DNA of 32,000 nucleotides from NCBI GenBank assembly GCA_029851105.1, contig CP099822.1:90001-122000 (forward strand). Direction: 5' to 3'. The stretch comes from Candidatus Saccharimonadota bacterium (lineage in GTDB: Bacteria; Bacteroidota; Bacteroidia; Flavobacteriales; Blattabacteriaceae). This document shows positions 1 through 9,719 of the stretch, in pieces (within the stretch, counting starts at the first letter, position 1; every line of letters begins with the position of its first letter). Below the pieces are notes generated by a model, which saw only the letters and a program-made list of their open reading frames with translations, was not told where the DNA came from and did not search any database. The position numbers were made by a program, and so were the translations under genes.

Positions 1-574
1 TTTTTATAGAAGTACCTAATAAATAAATTGATTTATTTAATAAAATATATTTTTTAATTAACTTAAAATTAAGTATTAAGATAGGGATTATAAAAATACA
101 ACCTAAACTAGATCTAATAATATTAGGATTATATATATCTTTTTTTTTCAAAAAAATAATATAATTAATTATTTTTGTTGCTTCTATAGTTCTAATTATA
201 GCACCTATATTACCAGGTTTTTCAATATTATCTATAATTATTATTTTTTTTTTTTTAAAATTTATTTTTTTAATTTTTTTTTTAAAATTTATTTTTTTTT
301 TATAAAAAATACCTAATATACCTTCTGTTTTTTTTCTATAAGTTATTTTACTATAATTAATTTTATTTATTTTAATTATAAATTTTTTTAAAAAACAAAA
401 TTTTTTTTTTTTTTTATAAAAAATATTTTTACAAATATAAATTTTATATAATTTAAAATTACCATTTAATGCCATTAATATTTCTCTATTACCTTCTACT
501 ATTATATAATTACTTTTAATCCTATATTTTTTAGATTTCTGTAATTTTATTATATTTTTAATATTAAAAAACAT
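1..574 (-). CDS. SpoU/TrmH-family RNA 2'-O-methyltransferase; C-terminus runs off the left edge of the window
   Basis: Not in the ORF track because the frame is open to the window edge. Hand translation of the minus strand from ATG at 574..572 gives MFFNIKNIIKLQKSKKYRIKSNYIIVEGNREILMALNGNF...TEGILGIFYKKK...IIIIDNIEKPGNIGAIIRTIEAT...NPNIIRSSLGCIFIIP... with no stop down to position 2. IVEG, EKPGN(I/L)GAIIRT and RSS.G are SpoU methylase motifs. Confidence 0.8.
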   Translation of the reverse strand, partial: MFFNIKNIIKLQKSKKYRIKSNYIIVEGNREILMALNGNFKLYKIYICKNIFYKKKKKFCFLKKFIIKINKINYSKITYRKKTEGILGIFYKKKINFKKKIKKINFKKKKIIIIDNIEKPGNIGAIIRTIEATKIINYIIFLKKKDIYNPNIIRSSLGCIFIIPILILNFKLIKKYILLNKSIYLLGTSIK

Positions 575-634
575 TTTTTTTTAAAAAAAAATAAATTTTT
601 TTTTTAAAAAAAAGAAATTATAATTTTAAAAAAA

Positions 635-1657
635 ATGATAAAAATAGGAATAAATGGATTTAATAGAATAGTTAAAATGATTATTTATTTAACTATTAAA
701 AATAGTAATAGTAATATTAAAATAGTAGGTATAAATATTAAAAATGAAAAATTAATTGATATAGATAATTTAATTTATATATTAAAATATGATACTATAC
801 ATAGATTACCTAAAATTAATATTATTAAAAATAATAATAATATTATTATAAATAATAAACATATTATTAGAATAACTAATGAAAAAAAAAATTTTAAATG
901 GGATAAAATAAATGCAAAATATATAATAGAAACAGAAAAAAAAAATGAAAATAATTTATATAATCATATTAAATCAGGAGCTAAAAAAGTAATATTTACT
1001 TATTATCCTAAAAATAAAAAAATACCTATTTTTATTTTAGGATTAAATCATAAATTAATAAATAAAGATAATAATATAATTTCTAGTTCTTCTAGTTCTA
1101 TAAATTGTTTAGCTATTATATTAAAAGTATTACATAAAGAATTTATTATTAATGAATGTTTAGCAACAAATATTAAATCATTAAATAATAAATTAACTAT
1201 AATAGATGATTTAAATTTAAAAAATAAAAATATTATAAAATGTCGTTCATTTTTAAATAATATTATTCCTATAAAAAATAAATTTAAAAAAAAAATTAAT
1301 TTAATAATACCTGAATTAAAAAATAAAATAAAAGGATTAGATTTAATAGTACCTAATATAAATAGTTCATTAATAGATTTAAATATTAAAATTAATAAAT
1401 CTACATCTTATAAAGATGTTAAAAATATAATAAAATTTTATTCTAAAAATGAACTTTCAGGTATATTAGGATATAATAAAAAAAAATTAATATCAAGTGA
1501 TTTTTTAGATGATATTAGAATATCTATATTTGATTCAAAAAGAAGTACAATGTTAAATAAAAAATTTTTAAAAATAATATCTTGGTATAATAATGAAATA
1601 TCTTATTCTAAAAAATTAATAGATTTAATAAAATATATTGAATATAATATTATATAA
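635..1657 (+). CDS. gapA: Glyceraldehyde-3-phosphate dehydrogenase homolog, strongly divergent, with catalytic Cys and His positions substituted
   Basis: 340 aa. The N-terminus MIKIGINGFNRIVK matches (M)xKxGINGFGRIGR. Also present are SSSSSSINCLA (vs SNASCTTNCLAP), NIIP...IIPELKNKIKG, and C-terminal SWYNNEISYSKKLIDL (vs SWYDNExGYSxxxxDL). The family call is firm; activity is doubtful (see findings). Confidence 0.75.
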   Translation: MIKIGINGFNRIVKMIIYLTIKNSNSNIKIVGINIKNEKLIDIDNLIYILKYDTIHRLPKINIIKNNNNIIINNKHIIRITNEKKNFKWDKINAKYIIETEKKNENNLYNHIKSGAKKVIFTYYPKNKKIPIFILGLNHKLINKDNNIISSSSSSINCLAIILKVLHKEFIINECLATNIKSLNNKLTIIDDLNLKNKNIIKCRSFLNNIIPIKNKFKKKINLIIPELKNKIKGLDLIVPNINSSLIDLNIKINKSTSYKDVKNIIKFYSKNELSGILGYNKKKLISSDFLDDIRISIFDSKRSTMLNKKFLKIISWYNNEISYSKKLIDLIKYIEYNII

Positions 1658-2090
1658 TATTATTTATTTTTTTTATAAATTTTATTTTATTATTTTTTTT
1701 TTTAATATAAAAATTTTCATTACCATTAGTTAAATAAAAATATTTATTATTAAAATAATTACTATAATTTAGTAATTGATAAAAATTATTTTTTGTTATT
1801 TTATTTTTAGGTGATTTACATTCTATTATTATATATGGTATATTTTTTTTTTTAATTAAAATATCTATTTTATGAATTTTTTTTTTTATTATTATTTTTT
1901 TTTCTACTTCAATATCATATAAATTATATTTTTTTTTTTTTATTAAAAATAAAATTATTTTTTGTCTTAATATTTCTTCATTTTTAAATAAAAAAAATTT
2001 TTTTCTTTTTATACAAAAAATAGTTTTATATTTATTAAATGGAGATTTATATATTTTTATTTTATATTTTTTTAAATAATTATTATTCAT
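1650..2090 (-). CDS. HsdR_N-like (type I restriction enzyme R N-terminal domain family) small PD-(D/E)xK-fold protein
   Basis: 146 aa. The pattern ...NEEILRQKIILFL...HKIDILIKKKNIPYIIIECKSPKNKIT...FYQLLNYSN...YFYLTNGNENFY matches my memory of the stand-alone HsdR_N_2-type domain (EE.VRQ, D-x(n)-ExK, Q...Y, lTNG). The family was recalled from memory, not searched. Confidence 0.5.
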   Translation of the reverse strand: MNNNYLKKYKIKIYKSPFNKYKTIFCIKRKKFFLFKNEEILRQKIILFLIKKKKYNLYDIEVEKKIIIKKKIHKIDILIKKKNIPYIIIECKSPKNKITKNNFYQLLNYSNYFNNKYFYLTNGNENFYIKKKNNKIKFIKKINNII

Positions 2091-2096
2091 TTTATT

Positions 2097-2672
2097 TTAT
2101 AAATATATTGGTTCACATGAATTTATATTTTTAATAAATTTTTTTTTTTTATATAATTTATATGATAAATATATTATATCATTAATATTATATTTTATAA
2201 TTATTTTATTTTTTTTTATTAAATTTTTATTTTCTTTATATATAAAAAATAAATTATTTTTTATATTTATTTTTTTTTTAAAATATTTTTTAAATAATGA
2301 TATTTTTTTTTTTTTAACATTATATTTTTTATAAAAAATTTTTTTCTTATTATAAGAATATATTATATATATAATATTTTTATATTTTTTAATTAAATTT
2401 AATTTTTTATTAATTAAAATTAAAAAATCATCTATAATAATTAATGGTATTTTTAAAGATAAACATATACCTTTAGCTGCTGATAATAAACTTCTTATCT
2501 TAAAATAAGATTTAGAAGGTCCTATATTAAAACATATAGCATTTAATTTTTTAATGTTAAAATTATTATTGATATTATAATGTAAAAAATTATTATCTTT
2601 TATTTTTAAAAAAAATTTATCATTATAAGATATATTATTATTATTTTCATTTATATTTAAAATATAAGTCAT
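2097..2672 (-). CDS. tsaB: tRNA t6A37 biosynthesis protein TsaB (YeaZ)
   Basis: 191 aa. NIGPSKSYFKIRSLLSAAKGICLSLKIPLIIID corresponds to GPGSFTGxRIGxxxAqGLAxxxxxPxxxV. The C-terminal EPIYL matches the EPVYL end of E. coli TsaB. Confidence 0.8.
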   Translation of the reverse strand: MTYILNINENNNNISYNDKFFLKIKDNNFLHYNINNNFNIKKLNAICFNIGPSKSYFKIRSLLSAAKGICLSLKIPLIIIDDFLILINKKLNLIKKYKNIIYIIYSYNKKKIFYKKYNVKKKKISLFKKYFKKKINIKNNLFFIYKENKNLIKKNKIIIKYNINDIIYLSYKLYKKKKFIKNINSCEPIYL

Positions 2673-2707
2673 ATTAAAATAAAATTAAATTTTTTAAAAA
2701 AAATTAA

Positions 2708-4471
2708 ATGATTAAATTTAAATTAATATTTAAAATAAAAAAAATATCTAAAAATTTATTTTATAAAATATATAATAAAAAATTAAATAATTTAAAAATT
2801 TTATATAATAAAAAAAAAAAATACGGTGATATAACTATTATAATATCTAATATTTTAGATATAAAATTTTATATTAAATTAGGTAATTTTTTAAAAAAAA
2901 AAATTAATAAATATATTTATAAATATGAAATAAAAAATAATTATTTAAATATTTTTTTAAAAAATAACTTTTATAGAAAAATAATAAATAATTTTTTTAA
3001 AAAAAAATTTAATATTAATAAATATATATATAATATAAAAAATTATAATAAATTAATAATAATAGAATATTCATCACCTAACTCTAATAAACCTTTACAT
3101 ATAGGTCATTTAAGAAATATTTTAATTGGAGATACAATATCTAATATATATAAAAATATAGGATTTAAAGTAATAAAAAGTCAAATAATAAATGATAGAG
3201 GAATTCATATATGTAAAGCTATAATAGCTTGGAAATTATTTTTTAAAAAAAAAAAATTATATAAATATAAAAAAATAAAAGGTGATCATTTAGTAGGTAA
3301 ATTATATTTTAAATTTGAAAAAGAATTTAAAAAAGAAATTGAAATTATATCTAAAAAATATAATTTAAATAAAGAAAATTCTATTAAAAAATCTTATTTA
3401 TTTAAAAAAATAAATAATGAATTAATAAAATGGGAAAAAAAAAATAAAAAAAGTATTAAAATTTGGAAAAAAATAAATTCATTAGTTTTAAAAGGATTTA
3501 AAGAAACTTATAATAAATTAAATATTAAATTTAATGAAACTATTTATGAAAGTAATATTTATTTTTTAGGTAAAAAAAAAATTTATGAAGGTGTTAAAAA
3601 AAAAATTTTTTTTTTATCAAAAAAAAAATCTATATATTTTTTATATAAAAAAAAAAAAATAATTTTATTAAGAAGTAATGGTACTTCTTTATATCTTACT
3701 CAAGACATAGGTAATATATTATATAGATTTAAAAAATATAAAAAAATATATTTATTAATATATGTAGTAGGTAATGAACAAAATTTTCATTTTAAAGTAT
3801 TGTTTAATATTTTAAAAAAATTAAATTTATCATTTAAAAATTTATATCATTTATCTTATAATACCGTTAATTTTTTAGGTAAAAAAATAAAATCAAGAGA
3901 AGGTAAAAATATAATTTTTATAGATAATTTTTTATATAAAATGTATAAATATGTTAAAAGTGAATTTAAAAATAAAAAAAAAAAAATAAAAAAAAAAAAT
4001 ATAAATAAAATATCAATAAGTACTATAAAATATCAATTTTTAAAAATTAATCCTAATAAAATAATAAATTTTGATTTTAAAAAATCATTAGATTTAAAGG
4101 GTAATACTGCTATATATATTCAATATACATATGTTAGAATTTATTCAATAATAAATAAAAATAATTATAATTTATTTTTAATAAAGAAAAAATATAATTC
4201 TTTTTTTAAAGAAAATGAAAAAGATATTATTATTAATATAATAAAATATTATGATGTTTTATTAAAAACATCTAAAAATTATGATCCATCTATTTTAATA
4301 AATTATATTTTTTTATTATCAAAAAAAATTAATAATTTTTATCAAAAAAATAAAATTATTAATAATAATATATATATAAAAAATATAAGATTAAATATAT
4401 GTAAAATAATATTAAGTATTTTATATAAAACAATGAAAATTTTAGGTATACCAATTTTAAAAAAAATATAA
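2708..4471 (+). CDS. argS: Arginine--tRNA ligase
   Basis: 587 aa. EYSSPNSNKPLHIGHLRNILIGDTISNIY is the class I HIGH region typical of ArgRS. The length and the C-terminal anticodon-binding region (YIQYTYVRIYSI) also fit. Confidence 0.93.
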   Translation: MIKFKLIFKIKKISKNLFYKIYNKKLNNLKILYNKKKKYGDITIIISNILDIKFYIKLGNFLKKKINKYIYKYEIKNNYLNIFLKNNFYRKIINNFFKKKFNINKYIYNIKNYNKLIIIEYSSPNSNKPLHIGHLRNILIGDTISNIYKNIGFKVIKSQIINDRGIHICKAIIAWKLFFKKKKLYKYKKIKGDHLVGKLYFKFEKEFKKEIEIISKKYNLNKENSIKKSYLFKKINNELIKWEKKNKKSIKIWKKINSLVLKGFKETYNKLNIKFNETIYESNIYFLGKKKIYEGVKKKIFFLSKKKSIYFLYKKKKIILLRSNGTSLYLTQDIGNILYRFKKYKKIYLLIYVVGNEQNFHFKVLFNILKKLNLSFKNLYHLSYNTVNFLGKKIKSREGKNIIFIDNFLYKMYKYVKSEFKNKKKKIKKKNINKISISTIKYQFLKINPNKIINFDFKKSLDLKGNTAIYIQYTYVRIYSIINKNNYNLFLIKKKYNSFFKENEKDIIINIIKYYDVLLKTSKNYDPSILINYIFLLSKKINNFYQKNKIINNNIYIKNIRLNICKIILSILYKTMKILGIPILKKI

Positions 4472-4475
4472 AAAA

Positions 4476-5240
4476 ATGAAAATTACTGATACTCATGTAC
4501 ATTTATATGATAAAAAACTTCTTCCTAATATTAAAAATATTATTAATATATCTAAAAAAAATTTTATTTATAGATTTTTTATGCCTTCATTAAGTAGTAA
4601 AAATTTAAAATTAATGTTTAAAATAAAAAAAAAATATAATAATATTTTTTCTATGATAGGATTACATCCAAATTATTTATTAAATTATGAAAATGTTAAT
4701 AAAGAATTATTAATTATAAATAATTATTTAAAAAAAAAAAGAAAAAAATTTATAGGTATAGGTGAAATAGGTATAGATTTATATAAAAATAAAAATATAG
4801 AATTACAAATTTATGCTTTAAAAAAACAAATAAAATTAGCTAATAAATATAAATTACCAGTTTGTTTACATATTAGAAATTCTTTTAATGAATTTTTTAA
4901 TATTAATTTAAATATAAAATATGGTGGGGTAATACATTGTTTTTCAGGTAATTTAGAACAAGCTTTATATTGTATAAAAAAATATAATTTAAAACTAGGT
5001 ATAGGTGGATTAATAACATTTAAAAAAAATAAAATTTCTAATTTTTTAAAAAAAATAGATTTATCTAATATTATTTTAGAAACTGATTCACCTTATTTAA
5101 TACCTTTTCCTTTTAAAGGTTATAATAATCCAAGTTATTTATATTATATTTTAATAAAAATATCTAAAATATATAAAGAAAATATTAATATAATTTCAAA
5201 AAAAATTGAAAAAAATATTAATAATATATTTTTAATTTAA
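4476..5240 (+). CDS. tatD: TatD-family metal-dependent hydrolase/DNase
   Basis: 254 aa. The N-terminus is MKITDTHVHLY. Other TatD signatures are GLHPNY, GEIGIDLY, PVCLHIRNS, GVIHCFSG and LETDSPYL. Confidence 0.85.
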   Translation: MKITDTHVHLYDKKLLPNIKNIINISKKNFIYRFFMPSLSSKNLKLMFKIKKKYNNIFSMIGLHPNYLLNYENVNKELLIINNYLKKKRKKFIGIGEIGIDLYKNKNIELQIYALKKQIKLANKYKLPVCLHIRNSFNEFFNINLNIKYGGVIHCFSGNLEQALYCIKKYNLKLGIGGLITFKKNKISNFLKKIDLSNIILETDSPYLIPFPFKGYNNPSYLYYILIKISKIYKENINIISKKIEKNINNIFLI

Positions 5241-5247
5241 AATAAAA

Positions 5248-5799
5248 ATGATTAATAAAAATTATTTAAAAAAAATAGAATTAGAATTTAATAAAACTAT
5301 AAATTTTTTTATATATTATTTATCTAATATTCATTTGGGTATAGTTAATACAACAATGTTAAAAAATATAAAAATAAATATTAATAATAAAATTTATAAT
5401 ATATTTGATTTATCAAATATTAATGTAATTAATAAAATTACATTAAAAATTACACCATATGAAAAAAAAAATATTAATTTAATAAAAAAAAGTTTATTAA
5501 AAAGTGATATTGAAGGAACTATTTTTAATAAAGAAAATGATATTTTTTTTAAGTTATCTTTTTTAACTGAAGAAAAAAGAATTAATTTAATAAAAAAAAT
5601 TAAAATAGAATTAGAAAAAATTAAAATTACTTTAAGAAAAATAAGAAATAAATATAATAATTTTATTACAAAAAATAAAAATATATCTAAAGATGAAAAA
5701 ATAATAATAAAAAAAGAAATACAAAAAATTTTAGATATAAAAATAAATTATTTAAAAAAAATTTTTAAATTAAAAAAAGAAAAAATTTTAAAAATATAA
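5248..5799 (+). CDS. frr: Ribosome recycling factor
   Basis: 183 aa, the right length for RRF. LTEEKRINLIKKIKIELEKIKITLRKIRN corresponds to the RRF motif LTEERRkxLvKxxkxxxExxkvxiRniRr. Confidence 0.85.
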   Translation: MINKNYLKKIELEFNKTINFFIYYLSNIHLGIVNTTMLKNIKININNKIYNIFDLSNINVINKITLKITPYEKKNINLIKKSLLKSDIEGTIFNKENDIFFKLSFLTEEKRINLIKKIKIELEKIKITLRKIRNKYNNFITKNKNISKDEKIIIKKEIQKILDIKINYLKKIFKLKKEKILKI

Positions 5800-5800
5800 A

Positions 5801-7156
5801 ATGAATATAAAACATTATAGTATTAAATATATTATATTAAATAAAAAAAAATTAATTAATAAAAATATATTAATTAAAGGTTGGGTTAAATTTTTTAGAA
5901 ATAATTTATTTTTAGAAATTAATGATGGTTCTACTATTAAAAATATACAAATAATTTTAAATAAAAAATTTAAAAAAAAAATAAAAAAAATAAATATAGG
6001 AATACCATTAAAAGTATTAGGAAAATTAATCTTATTAAAAGATAATAAAATTGAAATTATACCATTTTATATTAAAATATATGGTAAAATAGATAAAAAT
6101 TTTTTTAATAATAGTATTTTACAAAATAAATTTCATAATTTATTTAAATTAAGAAAACAAAAATATTTAAGATTTAGAACTAAAATATTTTCTTCTATTA
6201 TGAGAATAAGACATAATTTATCTATTAAAATACATAATTTTTTTAATAAAAAAAATTTTTTTTATGTACATACTCCAATAATTACTAATAATGATACAGA
6301 AGGTATAGGTAATTTATTTAATGTAACAATATTAAAAAATTGTAAATCTAAAAATTATAAAAATGATTTTTTTGGTTGTAAAACTAATTTAACAGTATCA
6401 GGTCAATTAGAAGCTGAAAGTGCTATGTTAGGATTAAAAAAAGTTTATACATTTGGTCCTGTTTTTAGAGCTGAAAATTCTAATACTAATAAACATTTAT
6501 CTGAATTTTGGATGGTAGAACCTGAAATAATGTTTTATAATTTAAATAAATTAATAAATTTATCTATAAAATTAATTAAATATTTAATAAAAAGTATTTT
6601 AAATAAATGTATTGAAGAATTAAATTTTTTACAAAATTATAATAATAATAATTTAATTAAAAAATTAAAAAATATTTATAAAAAAAAATTTATTAAAATA
6701 AGTTATAATAATATAATAAAATTATTAAATAAAAATAATTATAATATTAATTGGGGAGATGATATTAGTTCTAATTATGAAAATTTTTTATTTAAAAATA
6801 TTTTTAAAAAAAATATACCTATTATAATATATAACTTTCCTAAAAAAATTAAACCTTTTTATATGAAAGTTAATAAAGATAATTTAACTACTAAATCAAT
6901 AGATATATTATTCCCTAATATAGGTGAAATTATAGGAGGTTCAGAAAGAGAATATTCTTATAAAAAATTATTAATTAGATTAAAAGAAATGAATATTAAA
7001 AAAAATAAAATTAATTGGTATTTAAATTTAAGAAAATTAGGTACTATATATCATAGTGGGTTTGGATTAGGATTTGATAGATTTGTACAATTTATAACTG
7101 GTATGAAAAATATTAGAGATGTTATACCTTTTCCTAGATGTCCTGGTATGATATAA
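5801..7156 (+). CDS. asnS: Asparagine--tRNA ligase
   Basis: 451 aa. The class IIb motifs are present: HTPIITNNDTEGIGNLFNV, FGPVFRAENSNTNKHLSEFWMVEPE, GGSEREY, HSGFGLGFDRFVQF, and an IPFPR tail. Confidence 0.92.
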   Translation: MNIKHYSIKYIILNKKKLINKNILIKGWVKFFRNNLFLEINDGSTIKNIQIILNKKFKKKIKKINIGIPLKVLGKLILLKDNKIEIIPFYIKIYGKIDKNFFNNSILQNKFHNLFKLRKQKYLRFRTKIFSSIMRIRHNLSIKIHNFFNKKNFFYVHTPIITNNDTEGIGNLFNVTILKNCKSKNYKNDFFGCKTNLTVSGQLEAESAMLGLKKVYTFGPVFRAENSNTNKHLSEFWMVEPEIMFYNLNKLINLSIKLIKYLIKSILNKCIEELNFLQNYNNNNLIKKLKNIYKKKFIKISYNNIIKLLNKNNYNINWGDDISSNYENFLFKNIFKKNIPIIIYNFPKKIKPFYMKVNKDNLTTKSIDILFPNIGEIIGGSEREYSYKKLLIRLKEMNIKKNKINWYLNLRKLGTIYHSGFGLGFDRFVQFITGMKNIRDVIPFPRCPGMI

Positions 7157-7162
7157 AAAAAA

Positions 7163-8341
7163 ATGAATAAAAAATTTATTTATTTAGATAATGCATCTAA
7201 TTGTAGAATGAGAAAAGAAGTAATAAAAGTTTATAAAAAATGTATAGAAAAAAAAAATTATTCTAATCCTTCTTCTTTTCATTTGTTTGGTAGAAAATCA
7301 AAATATTATATAGAAATTTCTAGAGAAAAAATATCTAAAATTATTAATTGTGATGCTTCAGAAATTTATTTTACTTCTGGTGGTACTGAAGGTAATAATT
7401 TAATAATAAAATCAATTATAGAAACATTTAATATTAAGAATATTATAACTTCTAAATTAGAACACTTATCAGTGTTAAATACTATTATTTATAATAAAAA
7501 AAAAAATATAAAAATTTTTTTTATTAAAAATGATAATTTAGGAAATTTAAATTTAAAAAATTTTAAAAAAATATTAAATAATATTAAAACTAATACTTTA
7601 GTAAGTATTATGTATGTTAATAATGAAATAGGTAATATAAATAATATTAATAAAATAGGTAATATTATAAATAAAAATAAAAATAATAAAAAAATTTTTT
7701 TTCATTCTGATTTTATTCAATTTGTAGGTCATTTTAAATTAAATGTTAAAAAAATATTATGTGATTTTTTTACTGCTAGTGCACATAAATTTTATGGACC
7801 TTTTGGTATAGGTTTTGTTTATATTAAAAAAAATATTATTTTAAATAATTTTATTAATGGAGGATTTCAAGAAAGGGGGATAAGATCTGGTACAGAAAAT
7901 TTATATGGTATATTATCTTTATGTAAGGCTTTAGAAGTTAATAATAAAAATTTTTTAAAAGATAAAAAAAAAATAATTTTTTTAAAAAAAAAATGTATTA
8001 ATCTTTTAAAAAAAAATATTTTAAATATAAAATTTAATGGATTATCTAATAATTTAAAAAAAAGTTCTTTTTATATTTTAAATATTAGATTACCTATAAA
8101 AGATGATTTATTACATATTAAATTAGATTTAAAAAAAATAATGATTTCTAAAGGTAGTTCTTGTAATTTACATAAAAATTCTCATGTATTAAAAAATATT
8201 ATTAAAAAAAAATATATAAAAAAAACTACTTCTATAAGAATATCTTTTAGTATATTTAATAGTTTATTAGATATAGAATTATTTGTTTATGAATTAAAAA
8301 GAATTGTATATAATAATTATAATTATTTAATTAAATATTAA
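7163..8341 (+). CDS. Cysteine desulfurase, group I (NifS/IscS-like), PLP-dependent
   Basis: 392 aa. It starts IYLDNAS and has TSGGTEGNN. The PLP-lysine context is TASAHKFYGPFGIGFVYI, followed by RSGTENL. The active-site loop SKGSSCNLHKNSHVL resembles the group I SSGSACTS...PSHVL. Confidence 0.85.
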   Translation: MNKKFIYLDNASNCRMRKEVIKVYKKCIEKKNYSNPSSFHLFGRKSKYYIEISREKISKIINCDASEIYFTSGGTEGNNLIIKSIIETFNIKNIITSKLEHLSVLNTIIYNKKKNIKIFFIKNDNLGNLNLKNFKKILNNIKTNTLVSIMYVNNEIGNINNINKIGNIINKNKNNKKIFFHSDFIQFVGHFKLNVKKILCDFFTASAHKFYGPFGIGFVYIKKNIILNNFINGGFQERGIRSGTENLYGILSLCKALEVNNKNFLKDKKKIIFLKKKCINLLKKNILNIKFNGLSNNLKKSSFYILNIRLPIKDDLLHIKLDLKKIMISKGSSCNLHKNSHVLKNIIKKKYIKKTTSIRISFSIFNSLLDIELFVYELKRIVYNNYNYLIKY

Positions 8342-8354
8342 TATAAAAATAAAA

Positions 8355-9719
8355 ATGATTAAATATTTTTATATAGAGAGTTATGGTTGTCAAATGAATA
8401 TTTATGATAATGAAATTATTATTAATATTTTAATAAAAAAAAATTTTATATATGTCAATAATATTTATAAAGCAGATATTATATTTATAAATACATGTGC
8501 AATAAGAAAAAAAGCTGAAGATACTATTTATAATAGATTATTATTTTTAAATTTTTTAAAAAAAAAAAAAAATATATTATTAGGATTAATAGGTTGTATG
8601 TCTAAAATAATAGATTATAAATATTTTTTTAAAAAAAAAATATTAGATTTTATAATAGGTCCAGATCAATATAGAAAAATACCTAATATTATTAAATTAT
8701 TAAATAATAATAAATCTAAATATTATTATAATGTAATTTTTTCAAATAAAGAAAATTATGATAATTTAATACCTAATAAATTATATTCTAAAAATAAAAT
8801 TTCATCATTTGTAACTATATCTAGAGGATGTGATAATATGTGTACATTTTGTGTAGTACCATTTACTAGAGGTAGAGAAAAAAATAAAAGTCCTTATAAT
8901 ATATTAAAAGAATGTAAAATTTTATATAAAAAAGGATATAAAGAAATAATATTATTAGGACAAAATGTAGATTCATATTTATGGAATAAAAAAAATTATA
9001 TTAAAAAAAATATTATTAATAATAAATTTAAAAAATCAATAAATTTTTCTAAATTATTAAAAATAATAGCTAAATCATTACCTAATATTAGAATTAGATT
9101 TACTACATCTAATCCTCATGATATGTCTTTAGAAGTTATTAAAACAATTAAAAAATATGATAATATATGTAAATATATACATTTACCATTTCAATCAGGT
9201 AGTAATAGAATATTAAAATTAATGAATAGAAAATATTCTAGAATAGAATATATTAATTTAATAGAAAATATTAAAAAAAAAATACCAGATTGTGCTTTAT
9301 CATATGATATAATAACAGGTTTTTGTACAGAAACAGATAAAGATCATATAGATACATTAAATTTAATGAAATATGTTAAATATGATTATGGTTATATGTT
9401 TTGTTATTCACATAGAAAAAATACATATGCTTTTAAAAAATTAAAAGATAATATACCAATAAATATTAAAAAAAAAAGATTAAAAGAAATAATTCTTTTA
9501 CAAAGAAAACATTCTTTTTTTAGATTAAAAAAATATATAAATACTGTACAAAATATTTTAATAGAAGGTATATCTAAAAAAAATAATAATTATTATTATG
9601 GTAGAAATTCTCAAAACTTTGTTGTTATTTTCCCTAAAAAAAATAAAAATATTGGTGATTATGTAAATGTTAAAATAATAAAAAATAATTCAGCAACATT
9701 AATAGGTAAAATTTATTAA
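8355..9719 (+). CDS. miaB: tRNA-2-methylthio-N6-dimethylallyladenosine synthase MiaB (radical SAM methylthiotransferase)
   Basis: 454 aa. The N-terminal cluster region is YIESYGCQMNIYDNE...INTCAIRKKAE. The radical SAM motif is CDNMCTFCVVP, followed by HLPFQSGSNRILKLMNR and a C-terminal TRAM-like end. Confidence 0.9.
   Translation: MIKYFYIESYGCQMNIYDNEIIINILIKKNFIYVNNIYKADIIFINTCAIRKKAEDTIYNRLLFLNFLKKKKNILLGLIGCMSKIIDYKYFFKKKILDFIIGPDQYRKIPNIIKLLNNNKSKYYYNVIFSNKENYDNLIPNKLYSKNKISSFVTISRGCDNMCTFCVVPFTRGREKNKSPYNILKECKILYKKGYKEIILLGQNVDSYLWNKKNYIKKNIINNKFKKSINFSKLLKIIAKSLPNIRIRFTTSNPHDMSLEVIKTIKKYDNICKYIHLPFQSGSNRILKLMNRKYSRIEYINLIENIKKKIPDCALSYDIITGFCTETDKDHIDTLNLMKYVKYDYGYMFCYSHRKNTYAFKKLKDNIPINIKKKRLKEIILLQRKHSFFRLKKYINTVQNILIEGISKKNNNYYYGRNSQNFVVIFPKKNKNIGDYVNVKIIKNNSATLIGKIY

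Noticed and set aside
251-300. Imperfect ~27-nt direct duplication (tttttt-aaaattt-atttttt twice) inside the SpoU methylase gene, encoding INFKKK twice
   Set aside because: It is low complexity, imperfect, and lies in a poorly conserved linker. It cannot be distinguished from chance similarity between poly-K/N/I codon runs.
1-634. The absence of any tracked ORF at either window edge (1..634 and 31426..32000) could be read as non-coding DNA or pseudogenes
   Set aside because: Hand translation shows uninterrupted minus-strand frames reaching both edges: a SpoU methylase at 1..574 and htpG up to 32000. They are ordinary genes cut by the window.
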